Shown here: positions 25,190 through 38,720 of the stretch, piece after piece
How the letters are laid out: each line of letters starts with the position of its first letter
Position numbering within the stretch: position 1 is the first letter of the stretch
DNA from: Eimeria praecox
Lineage: Eukaryota
DNA: 64,000 nt
Direction of reading: 5' to 3'
NCBI GenBank assembly: GCA_963920595.1
Contig: OY986950.1
Span: 372,001-436,000 of the forward strand
Translations under genes and position numbers: made by a program
Notes under the pieces: generated by a model
Told to the model about the DNA's origin: nothing
What the model saw: the letters and a program-made list of their open reading frames with translations, nothing else
The model's database searches: none

Positions 25190-28100
25190 TTGAACGCCCG
25201 CACCCGGTTATTAACCTGCAGACAAGTGGCACCTTGACGATGGCTAGCGGCCCACCCAGTGGCAAGAGGTTTTTGCTTTCCAGCGCATGCATATGTCTAA
25301 GTTGTTGTGATAGGTTCTAATTTCCATGCCCCACCATAGTCCATCAGTCTTCTCTGTACTGGATGCAGCCTCGTGCGCCACAAGCGTGAATGTTTGTATG
25401 CTTGGATGATGCTTTTGCCAAGGCCTTGCCATAGAAATGCGTGCATCCGTTTGTTTACCAGGAAGCAAGTGGCACCTTGGGGATGGCTGGCGACCTGCTC
25501 AGTGGCAACAGCGCTCTGCTTTGCACCGCATGCATATGTCTAAGTTGTTGTGATAGCTTCTAATTTCCACGCCCCGCCGTAGTCCATCAGTCTCCTCTGT
25601 ACTGGATGCAGCCTCGTGCGCTACATGAGTGAAGGTTTGTATGTGTGGATGATGGCTTTGCCAACGCGCTGCCCTAAGCATGCGCTCATCCGTTTGTTTA
25701 CCAGCAAGCAAGTGGCACCTTTGGATGGCTGGCGACCTGCCCAGTGGCAACAGCGCTCTGCTTTGCAGCGCATCTTTATGTCTGAGTTGTTGTGATGGGT
25801 TCCAATTTCCATGCCCCGCCGTAGTCCATCAGCCTTCTTTGTACTGGATGCAGCCTCGCGCGCCGCATGCGACAAGGCGCGTATGTGTGGAAGGTGGCTT
25901 TGCCAACGCCTTGCCATAGAAATGCGTGCATTCGTTTTTTTACCAGGAAGCAAGTGGCACATTAGGGGTGGCATTAGACCAACCCAGTGGCACGCGGCTT
26001 TTACTTTGCACCGCATGCATATGTCTAAGTTGTTGTGATGGGTTCTAATTTCCATGCCCCGCCGTAGTTTATCAGTCTTCTCTGGACTGGATGCAGCCTC
26101 GTGCGCTGCATGCGTGAACGCGTGTATGTGCGGAAGGTGGCTTTTCCAACGCCTTGCCATAGAAATGCGTGCATCCGTTTGTTTACCAGCAAGCAAGTGG
26201 CACCTTGGGGATGGCTGGCGACCTGCTCATTGGCAACAGCGCCCTGCTTTGCAACGCATGCATATGTCTAAGTTGTTGTGATAGCTTCCAATTTCCCCGC
26301 CCCCCCGTAGTTCATCAGTCGCCTCTGTACTGGATGCAGCCTCGTGCGATACATGAGTGAAGGTTTGTATGTGTGGATGATGCTTTTGCCAAGGCCTTGC
26401 CACAGAAATGCGTGCATCCGTTTGTTTACCAGCAAGCAAGTGGCACTTTGGGGATGGGAAGCGACCTACCCAGTGGCACGCGGGTCTTACTTTGCAGCGC
26501 ATGCATATGTCTAAGTTGTTGTGACAGGTTCTAATTTCCATGCCCCGCCGTGGTCCATCAGTCGCCTCTGTACTGGATGCAGCCTCGTGCGCCACAGGCG
26601 TGAAGGTTTGTGTGTGTGGGTGATGGCTTAGCCAAGGCCATATGATGCGTATGCGCTCATCCGTTTGTTTACCAGCGAGCAAGTGGCACCTTTCGATGGC
26701 TGGCGGCCTGCTCAGTGGCAACAGCGCTCTGCTTTGCAGCGCATCCTTATGTCTAAGGCGTTCTGATGGCTTGCAATTTCCATGCCCCGCCGTAGTCCAT
26801 CAGTCGCCTCTGTACTGGATGCAGCCTCGTGCCCCGCACGCATCAACGTTTGTATGTGTGGATGATGCTTTTGCCAAGGCCTTGCCAAAGAAATGCGTGC
26901 ATCCGTTTTTTTACCAGCAAGCAAGTGGCACATTAGGGGTGGCATTAGACCAACCCAGTGGCACGCAGCGTTTACTTTGCACCGCATGCATATGTCTAAG
27001 TTGTTGTGATGGGTTCTGATTTCCATGCCCCGCCGTATTCCATCAGTCGCCTCTGTACTGGGTGCAGCCTCGTGCGCCACAGGCCTGAAGGTTTGTATCT
27101 GTGGATGATGCTTTTGCCAAGGCCATGCCATAGAATGGCGTGCATCCGTTTTTTTACCAGGAAGCAAGTGGCACATTAGGGGTGGCATTAGACCTACCCA
27201 GTGGCACGCAGCTTTTACTTTGCACCGCATGCATATGTCTAAGTTGTTGTGATGGGTTCTGATTTCCATGGCCCGCCATAGTCCATCAGTCGCCTCTGTA
27301 CTGGATCCAGGCTTGTGCGCCACAGGCATGAAGGTTTGTATGTGTGGGTGATGCTTTTGCCAAGGCCTTGCCATAGAAATGTGCGCATCCGTTTGTTTAC
27401 CAGCAAGCAAGTGGCACCTTTCGATGGCTGGCGACCTGCTCAGTGGCGACAGCGCCCTGCTTTGTAGTGCATGCATACGTCTAAGGTGTTCTGATGGCTC
27501 CCAATTTCCCCGGCCCCCCGTCGTCCATCAGTCGCCTCTGTACTGGATGCAGCCTCGTGTGCCGCACGCATAAATGTTTGTATGTGTGGATGATGCTTTT
27601 GCCAAGGCCTTGCCACACAAATGCGTGCATCCGTTTGTTTACCAGCAAGCAAGTGGCACCTTGGGGATGGTAAGCGGCCTACCCAGTGGCACGCGTGTCT
27701 TACTTTGCAGCGCAAGCATATGTCTAAGTTGTTGTGATAGGTTCTAATTTCCATGCCCCGCCGTAGTCCATGAGTCGCCTCTGTACTGGATGCAGCCTCG
27801 TGTGCCACAAGCGTGAAGGTTTGTATGTGTGGATGATGCTTTTGCCAAGGCCTTTGCCACGCAAACGCATGCACCCGTTTGTTTACCAGCACGCAAGTGG
27901 CACCTTGGGGATGGGAATCGACCTACCCAGTGGCACGCGGGTCTTACTTTGCAGCGCATGCATATGTCCACGTTGTTCTGACAGGTTCTAATTTCCATGC
28001 CCCGCCGTAGTCCATCAGTCGCCTCTGTACTGGATGCAGCCTCGTGCGCCACAAGCGAGAAGGTTTGTATGTGTGGATGATGCTTTTGCCAAGGCCTTGC

Positions 28101-31100
28101 CATAGAAATGTGCGCATCCGTTTATTTACCAGGACACACGTGGCACCTTTCGATGGCTGGCGACCTGCCCAGTGGCAACAGCGCCCTGCTTTGTAGTGCA
28201 TGCCTACGTCTAAGGTGTTCTGATGGCTCCCAATTTCCCCGCCCCCCCGTAGTCCATCAGTCGCCTCTGTACTGGATGCAGCCTCGTGCGCCACAAGCGA
28301 GAAGGTTTGTATGTGTGGATGATGCTTTTGCCAAGGCCTTGCCATAGAAATGTGCGCATCCGTTTATTTACCAGGACACACGTGGCACCTTTCGATGGCT
28401 GGCGACCTGCCCAGTGGCAACTGCGCCCTGCTTTGTAGTGCATGCCTACGTCTAAGGTGTTCTGATGGCTCCCAATTTCCCCGCCCCCCCGTAGTCCATC
28501 AGTCGCCTCTGTACTGGATGCAGCCTCGTGTGCCGCACGCATAAATGTTTGTATGTGTGGATGATGCTTTTGCCAGGGCCTTGCCACACAAATGCGTGCA
28601 TCCGTTTGTTTACCAGCAAGCAAGTGGCACCTTGGGGATGGTAAGCGACCTACCCAGTAGCACGCAGCGTTTACTTTGCAGCGCATGCATATGTCTAAGT
28701 TGTTGTGACAGGTTCTAATTTCCATGCCCCGCCGTGGTCCATCAGTCTTCTCTGTACTGGATGCAGCCTCGTGCGCCACAAGCGCGAATATTTGTATGTG
28801 TGGATGATGCTTTTGCCAAGGCCTTGCCATAGAAATGTGTGCATCCGTTTGTTCACCAGGAAACACGTGGCACCTTTCGATGGCTGGCGACCTGCCCAGT
28901 GGCAACAGCGCCATGCTTTGCAGCGCATGAATATGTCTAAGTTGTTGTGATGGGTTCTGATTTCCATGCCCCGCCGTAGTCCATCAGTCTTCTCTGTACT
29001 GGATGCAGCCTCGTGTGCAACAAACGTGAAGGCTTGTGTGTGTGGGTGATGCTTTTGCCAGGGCCTTGCCACACAAATGCGTGCATCCGTTTGTTTACCA
29101 GGAAGCAAGTGGCACATTAGGGGTGGCATTAGACCTACCCAGTGGCACGCAGCGTTTACTTTGCACCGCATGCATATGTCTAAGTTGTTGTGATAGGTTC
29201 TGATTTCCATGCCCCGCCGTAGTCCATCAGTCGCCTCTGTACTGGATGCAGCCTCGTGCGCCACAGGTGTGAAGGTTTATATGTGTGGATGATGCTTTTG
29301 CCAAGGCCTTGCCATAGAAATGTGTGCATCCGTTTTTTTACCAGGAAGCAAGTGGCACATTAGGGGTGGCATTAGACCTACCCAGTGGCACGCAGCGTTT
29401 ACTTTGCGCCGCATGCATATGTCTAAGTTGTTGTGATAGGTTCTGATTTCCATGCCCCGCCGTAGTCCATCAGTCGCCTCTGTACTGGATGCAGCCTCGT
29501 GCGCTGCATGCGTGAATGCGTGTATGTGCGGAAGGTGGCTTTTCCAACGCCTTGCCATAGAAATGCGTGCATCCGTTTTTTTACCAGGAAGCAAGTGGCG
29601 CATTAGGGGTGGCATTAGACCTACCCAGTGGCACGCGGCTTTTACTTTGCACCGCATGCATATGTCTAAGTTGTTGTGATAGGTTCTGATTTCCATGCCC
29701 CGCCGTAGTCCATCAGTCGCCTCTGTACTGGATCCAGGCTTGTGCGCCACAGGCGTGAAGGTTTGTATCTGTGGATGATGCTTTTGCCAAGGCCTTGCCA
29801 TAGAATGGCGTGCATCCGTTTTTTTACCAGGAAGCAAGTGGCACATTAGGGGTGGCATTAGACCTACCCAGTGGCACGCAGCGTTTACTTTGCACCGCAT
29901 GCATATGTCTAAGTTGTTGTGATAGGTTCTAATTTCCATGCCCCGCCGTAGTCCATCAGTCGCCTCTGTACTGGATGCAGCCTCGTGTGCCACAGGTGTG
30001 AAGGTTTGTATGTGTGGATGATGCTTTTGCCAAGGCCATGCCACAGAAATGGGTGCATCCGTTTTTTTACCAGGAAGCAAGTGGCACATTAGGGGTGGCA
30101 TTAGACCTACCCAGTGGCACGCAGCGTTTACTTTGCACCGCATGCATATGTCTAAGTTGTTGTGATGAGTTCTGATTTCCATGCCCCGCCGTAGTCCATC
30201 AGTCGCCTCTGTACTGGATGCAGCCTCGTGCGCCACCGGTGTGAAGGTTTGTATCTGTGGATGATGCTTTTGCCAAGGCCTTGCCATAGAAACGTGTGCA
30301 TCCGTCTGTTTACCAGGAAGCAAGTGGCACATTAGGGGTGGCATTAGACCTACCCAGTGGCACGCAGCGTTTACTTTGCACCGCATGCATATGTCTAAGT
30401 TGTTGTGATAGGTTCTGATTTCCATGCCCCGCCGTAGTCCATCAGTCGCCACTGTACTGGATGCAGCCTCGTGCGCCACAGGTGTGAAGGTTTATATTTG
30501 TGGATGATGCTTTTGCCAAGGCCTTGCCATAGAAATGTGTGCATCCGTTTTTTTACCAGGAAGCAAGTGGCACATTAGGGGTGGCATTAGACCTACCCAG
30601 TGGCACGCAGCGTTTACTTTGCGCCGCGAGCATATGTCTAAGTTGTTGCGATAGGTTCTGATTTCCATGCCCCGCCGTAGTCCATCAGTCTTCTCTGGAC
30701 TGGATGCAGCCTCGTGCGCTGCATGCGTGAATGCGTGTATGTGCGGAAGGTGGCTTTTCCAACGCCTTGCCATAGAATGGCGTGCATCCGTTTTTTTACC
30801 AGGAAGCAAGTGGCGCATTAGGGGTGGCATTAGACCTACCCAGTGGCACGCGGCTTTTACTTTGCACCGCATGCATATGTCTAAGTTGTTGTGATAGGTT
30901 CTGATTTCCATGCCCCGCCGTAGTCCATCAGTCGCCTCTGTACTGGATCCAGGCTTGTGCGCCACAGGCGTGAAGGTTTGTATCTGTGGATGATGCTTTT
31001 GCCAAGGCCATGCCACAGAAATGGGTGCATCCGTTTTTTTACCAGGAAGCAAGTGGCACATTAGGGGTGGCATTAGACCTACCCAGTGGCACGCGGCTTT

Positions 31101-33595
31101 TACTTTGCACCGCATGCATATGTCTAAGTTGTTGTGATAGGTTCTGATTTCCATGTCCCACCATAGTCCATTAGTCTTCTCTGTACTGGATGCAGCCTCG
31201 TGCGCCACAGGCGCGAAGGTTTGTATGTGTGGATGATGCTTTTGCCAAGGCCTTGCCACACAAATGCGTGCATCCGTTTGTTTACCAGGAAGCAAGTGGC
31301 ACATTAGGGGTGGCATTAGACCTACCTAGTGGCACGCAGCGTTTACTTTGCGCCGCATGCATATGTCTAAGTTGTTGTGATGAGTTCTGATTTCCATGCC
31401 CCGCCGTAGTCCATCAGTCGCCTCTGTACTGGATGCAGCCTCGTGCGCCACAGGTGTGAAGGTTTGTATGTGTGGATGATGCTTTTGCCAAGGCCTTGCC
31501 ATAGAAATGTGTGCATCCGTTTGTTTACCAGGAAGCAAGTGGCGCATTAGGGGTGGCATTAGACCTACCCAGTGGCACGCAGCGTTTACTTTGCACCGCA
31601 TGCATATGTCTAAGTTGTTGTGATAGGTTCTGATTTCCATGCCCCGCCGTAGTCCATCAGTCGCCTCTGTACTGGATCCAGGCTTGTGCGCCACAGGCGT
31701 GAAGGTTTGTATCTGTGGATGATGCCTTTGCCAACTACTTGCCATAGAAATGCGTGCATCCGTTTGTTTACCAGGAAGCAAGTGGCACATTAGGGGTGGC
31801 ATTAGACCTACCCAGTGGCACGCAGCGTTTACTTTGCACCGCATGCATATGTCTAAGTTGTTGTGATAGGTTCTGATTTCCATGCCCCGCCGTAGTCCAT
31901 CAGTCTTCTCTGGACTGGATGCAGCCTCGTGCGCCACAGGCGTGAAGGTTTGTATCTGTGGATGATGCCTTTGCCAACGCCTTGCCATAGAAATGCGTGC
32001 ATCCGTTTGTTTACCAGGAAGCAAGTGGCACATTAGGGGTGGCATTAGACCTACCCAGTGGCACGCAGCGTTTACTTTGCACCGCATGCATATGTCTAAG
32101 TTGTTGTGATAGGTTCTGATTTCCATGCCCCGCCGTAGTCCATCAGTCGCCTCTGTACTGGATGCAGCCTCGTGCGCCGCACGCATCAACGTTTGTATGT
32201 GTGGATGATGCTTTTGCCAAGGCCTTGCCATAGAAATGCGTGCATCCGTTTTTTTACCAGGAAGCAAGTGGCACATTAGGGGTGGCATTAGACCTACCCA
32301 GTGGCACGCAGCGTTTACTTTGCACCACATGCATATGTCTAAGTTGTTGTGATGAGTTCTGATTTCCATGCCCCGCCGTAGTCCATCAGTCGCCTCTGTA
32401 CTGGATGCAGCCTCGTGCGCCACAGGCGTGAAGGTTTGTATGTGTGGATGATGCTTTTGCCAAGGCCTTGCCATAGAAATGTGTGCATCCGTTTGTTTAC
32501 CAGGAAGCAAGTGGCACATTAGGGGTGGCATTAGACCTACCCAGTGGCACGCAGCGTTTACTTTGCACCGCATGCATATGTCTAAGTTGTTGTGATAGGT
32601 TCTGATTTCCATGCCCCGCCGTAGTCCATCAGTCTTCTCTGGACTGGATGCAGCCTCGTGCGCCACAGGTGTGAAGGTTTATATGTGTGGATGATGCTTT
32701 TGCCAAGGCCATGCCATAGAAACGCGTGCATCCGTTTGTTTACCAGGAAGCAAGTGGCGCATTAGGGGTGGCATTAGACCTACCCAGTGGCACGCGGCTT
32801 TTACTTTGCACCGCATGCATATGTCTAAGTTGTTGTGATAGGTTCTGATTTCCATGCCCCGCCGTAGTCCATCAGTCGCCTCTGTACTGGATCCAGGCTT
32901 GTGCGCCACAGGCGTGAAGGTTTGTATCTGTGGATGATGCTTTTGCCAAGGCCTTGCCATAGAATGGCGTGCATCCGTTTTTTTACCAGGAAGCAAGTGG
33001 CACATTAGGGGTGGCATTAGACCTACCCAGTGGCACGCAGCGTTTACTTTGCACCGCATGCATATGTCTAAGTTGTTGTGATAGGTTCTGATTTCCATGC
33101 CCCGCCGTAGTCCATCAGTCTTCTCTGGACTGGATGCAGCCTCGTGCGCCACAGGTGTGAAGGTTTATATGTGTGGATGATGCTTTTGCCAAGGCCATGC
33201 CATAGAAATGCGTGCATCCGTTTTTTTACCAGGAAGCAAGTGGCACATTAGGGGTGGCATTAGACCTACCCAGTGGCACGCAGCGTTTACTTTGCACCGC
33301 ATGCATATGTCTAAGTTGTTGTGATAGGTTCTGATTTCCATGCCCCGCCGTAGTCCATCAGTCGCCTCTGTACTGGATGCAGCCTCGTGCGCCACAGGTG
33401 TGAAGGTTTATATTTGTGGATGATGCTTTTGCCAAGGCCTTGCCAAAGAAATGTGTGCATCCGTATGTTTACCAGGAAGCAAGTGGCACCTTTGGATGGA
33501 AGGCGACCTGCCCAGTAGCACGCGGGTCTTTTTTTGCAGCGCATGGATATATCTACGTTGTTGTGATGGGTTCCAATTTCCATGCCCCCGCGTTA
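25190..33595. repeat. Tandem satellite array, 243-bp monomer (242/244-bp variants), ~34.5 copies
   Basis: The anchor CA(A/C)GTGGC recurs 35 times from 25223 to 33480. The span 29106-33480 is exactly 18 x 243. The terminal units are degenerate. Confidence 0.97.
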
Positions 33596-36500
33596 TCCGT
33601 ATGCGTATCTGAAGACTAAGGAGTATAAGTGTAGAGTGGAGTCTGTAGTGCGCGAGCGTGTGGGGGAGCTCATACGCTAGGATAGTTTGACCCGGCCTCA
33701 TGTCAGTGCTTCAATCCGTGAAGAGGTTTACAGATTGTCGAGGCCACTGCAGCACACAAAGACTGCAAGTGCAAACCGCTCGCCGAGTCCTGGCAATGCT
33801 TGTGTGACAGGCATTCCGTCTCGCATCAGATACCTAAGGGGGCGTTTTGTAATGCGTAATCATACGCAGATGCCTATGTCGCACAGCACAAGCACCCCCA
33901 TGAAGGGAGCACAGTGCAGTGCATTTTGCCACTGGATAGAATGTGTAAGACCGGCAACACTCACTGGTGGGTTTGGGGTCCAGGCGGGATTTGTGCTACT
34001 CTTTTTCGGTCTGCTGGATGGCTGATACAGAAACTGCGATTTTGCTAAGCGCATTGCAAACCTTTGGCGTCAGGGTGTAGGTGGTGGTGGTTTGGTGTTA
34101 AGGCTTGCCGGTCGCAGCCAACACAACTACGACAGCGCGGATCTTTTGTACTGTCTTCTACGTTGTTCTCCGTGGTGCGCTCGGCGAAGTTTTAATTCAT
34201 TCGGCATGCAATAATGCAACAGAATACGGGCAGCTGGCCGCGTGTCACCCGAAAGGAAGAAGGCTGGTTTCGTTGTAAATGTGGCCCGGTGAGATGCGTT
34301 TGCATGCCTTGCTAGCGGGGTGCACGAGGACCGACGCATTTGCTCTTTTCATGAGTATCAAAGACACGAATGATTGCACCTTGGTGAACTGATGGCGCAT
34401 TCAATGGTTCCGCAGTTGGCCTTAGCATGGTTGTTCTGCGTTTAGCATGTCTTTCTGCGGTGTGCATCTTCCGCTGCATTGTATGGTGGTTGGGGGATGT
34501 CCACTGAATAAGTGCAAGAGTTTCATGTAGATGGGTGCTTCAAGCTCTGCAAAAGCGTGTTGCCACTACAGCGTTGGTTGTACGTCGTGTCAGCCTGTGG
34601 GTAGTGCGCAGTAGCTCTGTTGCCCGGTGCTGTGTAGAACTACATATCCACCGGCCAAGACTGCTGTATGTTTGGTGACATATTGGCATCAGCGGTGAGG
34701 CATAGAGCTGTTGTTTTATTGTTCTTTACCGATGTCCCTGTATACATCGCCGATGGGAATGATTAAGATTAATTTTCTGTTATTGCTGCCTAGCGCTTCA
34801 GCTCCCTTTGGGATAATATCGCATGTAAGCTGCGTGCTGGCGCTTCTCACGGCTGCCAAGCCAAGCTAATCAACGTATATTGACCCACAACAAATTTATA
34901 AAATCTGGAACCTTCAAAGCCAATGCGCCTATGCTTTTTGTGTGTTTTCGTGCTTGGGCATGTGACGACTGTCAGGATGTTGCCCGGATCCGCTAGTGCT
35001 TCCACTCTAGCTTTCTGCGTCTCCTACTGAGGTAACTCAGTCAGAATAATACTTTTTTCCATGAAACATAAAGACCCACAACGTCACGTAGTATAATGTC
35101 AGCGTGCACAGGAGCTTAACGCCCTGGCGAAGGACATCACAACGCTTATCAGCCTGCTAAACAGTGCAGTTTAATCACATCTCGTAGCTCTTGACGCCTG
35201 ACGGCCGATGCGCTATCTGCCTAGCCCATTATGGGACGGGAGTACAGCCTACCGTACATCAACCATGTTAGGAGCTTCTGCTAAAGAAAGGCTAGTGTTT
35301 TAATTCAGCACAACAATATTTGCAAGTCGTTACGAGCTGGCTTACGAAGTAATGGAGCGTCATTAGGGAGTCCGCGGAAAAAAGCCGAGCTGTAAAGCGC
35401 CAGAGCTGGTCGTATACTAAATCTTTAGGACGGACGAACCTGGAACCCCTTCTAAGTGAGCAACCGTCACGGCCCTTCTGAATCCCGCAGGACCTTTCTG
35501 CAATGTTCCGCGGGTAAGCTAAGCTAATAATATGCCATCCCGGCTGTCGGACAGGGGAGATTGCTGATAAAGCAGCAGGAATTAATGCTGATGACTGAAA
35601 TGCTGGCTTATGCCCGGCACAAGTCAGGCACAGGCCAGGCACGTGAAATGTAACAAGATACTGCCATGCACAACACAGTTCTCCAGCGAGAGCATTTTCT
35701 GATGGGTGTGAAGTTGGTCACTAGTAGCCACTTGCCAACCCTGCCCCATTACAGTATGATGCTGATGCAACAGAACGACGGTGTGCATCCAGTGTCCTTG
35801 GCCTTGAGACCATCATGAGCTAGAATGCAGTAGATTGCCAAGAGAAAAAGTATCCATAATGCTACTGAACTCCCTTCTCCTCTTCATTCGTCCTAAGCAC
35901 AGCGGGGTAGGGTGCTGGCGCTCGTGGGCAGAGTTGACGGGTTTTCCTGGTTTGTAAAGCTTCTCCCCTCAAATCCTGCCGCGAAGTGGCCCCAAATGCA
36001 GGCATGCCCATGTCCGCTTTCGATGCACTCACTAGAGCCTAAGGTAATTGCTAAACATTTATGAGCCAGTGCCTGCAATGACGAAAACTAAGAAGCAATT
36101 CAAAATCAAGAATGGAGATACTGCTTAAAATTTGACGGCAGTTGCCGCGTACGAAAGAAGGCGGCGAGGCACAGCTTTCAAGGAATGGAACTCAACTCAT
36201 TCACAACGGTCAACCGGAGTTGCTAATGTTGCGAAAGGGTCGAGCCTCATAGAACCTCTACACAGTTGAGCATAGTCTCTGGACAGGCCAAAAGATGGTT
36301 GGGGCCGCACTCAGGATTAGAGAAGATGGGTTGTGTGGACTGGAACCGGCAGGCCGGTTTACTGCCTGTTGTACTTCTAGAATTTATGTGGAAGCTCTCA
36401 AGAAAACCTTTGCAAGCGGGCCCTCAAAAAACCTGCCTACACGAACAAGTTCCCTGGGTACGACTATATTTGTTCGACGCACAAAGTGTTTTTTGGCGGC

Positions 36501-38720
36501 CTGCGTTGGGTCGTCTTCGGTCAAGCTGAGGGCTACGACAGCATGTTTGCCTAGTGACTACTAGCATCTAAGAAGCCTCCGCTAAGGAAACAAATAGCAG
36601 AATCGCCATCAGATAGCGTCTCTTCAGAAATAGAATGGCGTGGATGTGAAGACCAAAATGGCCAACCCCGTGAGCCACCTGATCTGGAGTTGCGAATTGC
36701 TCCAGGCGCTGCACGAGAGCTCAAGGAATTCCACCCAAATCAGAAGGGAGTGAAAAGGGCTTGCGTTAGGCCGTATCAAGCTCAAACACAACGGTTGTAC
36801 GGAGCAACAGAGCTGTGAGCTGGGTTGCGCGGGCGGGATTAGAAGCCCCCCAAGAAACGATTTCAAGGCCCTGTTGAGGTAAATCTTGTCCGCATGCATG
36901 CAAAAAGAAACCGCTTCCTGAATAAGCCTAATGCGCTGTCCCATTCCCAGCTCGATCCCTGCCCACGCAACACTATCATATGTGCCTCGTCCCAAGGACG
37001 AGTGTGTGGCTCTGACCTGCCTCTGGAAACGGTTCCATCGAAGGTGTATGTTAGAGCTTTTCGCATAGCTTGGATACAGAATTCGTTTTAGAATATTCGG
37101 ATGCCTGCGCAAACCAGTGCCACGCTTGGCTCTCCGGGTCCCCTAATTGAGCAGCGCAGAGCCGCTAAGTCGCCTCGACAGCGCTGTAAAATTTGATGGG
37201 AACTCTTCGTAAGAAAGTTCGGTAAATATGCGCAGCCGTGTGAAGAAAATAACTGGGGGAAACTTTGCGGTATTGACAGTGTCGTGCCTCATACTGGGCC
37301 CCCCTCCCCTGGGGTCCCCTCTCAATTGTGACCCGGCAAAAAGTGCAGGTGTTTCGCCAGATCTTTACCTTTTACTTTCTTTTTTGTGTCCCACTGGCAC
37401 TAAAATTGTGATTCCATAAAGATATTCAGATTTTGGTGGGGAAAAGGAAGGATCTAGGAGGGGTAAAGGCCATCCGCCAGCTGTGCGCGGTGTAACAAGT
37501 GAAGGTCCCCCCCCTGCAGCAGCCGCAGCGTTGCTGCTGTGAGCAGCATATCCCTCAGTTATCTTGGCTGAAATACTTAATCGAGCCGTAAAAACAAGCT
37601 CGCGCGCTTACTGCCATACATGCAGGTTAACGGGGGGCCGAGCCGGCCATCTTTCTCGGGATTTGTTGCCCTAATTACACGAACGGCAGGAGGCTCTCTC
37701 ACCTTGTCGTGCCAAGGACACGAGCGGGGTGACAAGACAACCGACTAGCGCTGCAGCCATAATATCTATTTTCCTGCGGAAAATCTCGTGTTCCTCTTAT
37801 CCCTGTTTCCTTCCCTCCTCAAGGAGGCATAACCGTGCCCTCTTCAACAGTAAAGCCGTGAGGCGGCCGCCCCAGGGCAGCGCGCCATACTCTCCCCGCA
37901 TCCCTGTTCTCCCCGGATCGTCTCTTCTCCTTATTCAATCATATGCTTTCTTTTTCTTTATTTTTATTTTGAAGAAACGGGGGAATCGAGGGGCCAAGGG
38001 CCTACAGCTTCTTGATGCACAAGCGGTGACCTCCCCCCGTCCGGCTGCCTTGCAGCAGTTGCGCCACCATATAAGGGGCCCCGTGTTCTCAAAGGGCTGA
38101 TTTCATCATTTGTCCTGTTATCTTTTTACTGTTTTTAGCTTGCCTTCGAGATACGACACGTCGGCCCTTCTATATCTGGGCGCCTGCCTGCAAGCCACCC
38201 CGCGGCGGCGTGTGAGGCGGTGTAGCGAATTCCTGTTGGCTTCTTTCTTCCGCTTCTGTCACTCTTTTTCCACTTACCTATCGGAACCTTCCCGTTGCAT
38301 CTGGATTCCTTCTTGTTTTAACCGTGACAAAAGGGTCTGATATAAAAGGCTCGAGAGCAGCCCCGCTGCAGGCAGCCTTCGTCAAGTCGCACGGCGCTGT
38401 CGGCCGCAACGACTGTTTCTCGAGTGAGGGGTTTGATTGGGGGGTAGCATAGCTGCCGTCTGCATCTCCCTTAAGGTTCACTCGCTTCTTCTGCCCCCCT
38501 GCTCAGGGCCTCTTGGCTGTCGTTTTCGTGCATGCAAAGAGTCAGCTGTGGCCACAGCAGCAGCTGTTGCATACCAGCTTTCCTCGTGTACTTCGGTGGT
38601 TGCTGCCCTTCTCCTACTCCTTCTGGCTGTTTTTAATACGTCTGGGGGGTGCAGCGATACACGCATAGCAGGATCAGTTGCAAGACAGCCGCACCTCGCA
38701 AAAGGCACAGCGGCAGACAC

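Noticed and set aside
29106..33480. Repeated plus-strand exon-intron unit (TTTACCAG acceptor, AAG|GTTTGT donor)
   Set aside because: The implied exon has stops in all three frames, and the donor is lost in several units.
25190..33595. CRISPR array or tandem RNA-gene array (5S, tRNA, C/D snoRNA)
   Set aside because: Whole units repeat with no unique spacers, there are no cas genes, and the context is eukaryotic. I see no 5S or tRNA features, and the CTGA D-box-like word is CTAA or CCAA in many units.
35880..37250. Decayed rhoptry-kinase-like pseudogene
   Set aside because: Only vague protein-like stretches; no HxD, DFG or other kinase motif found.
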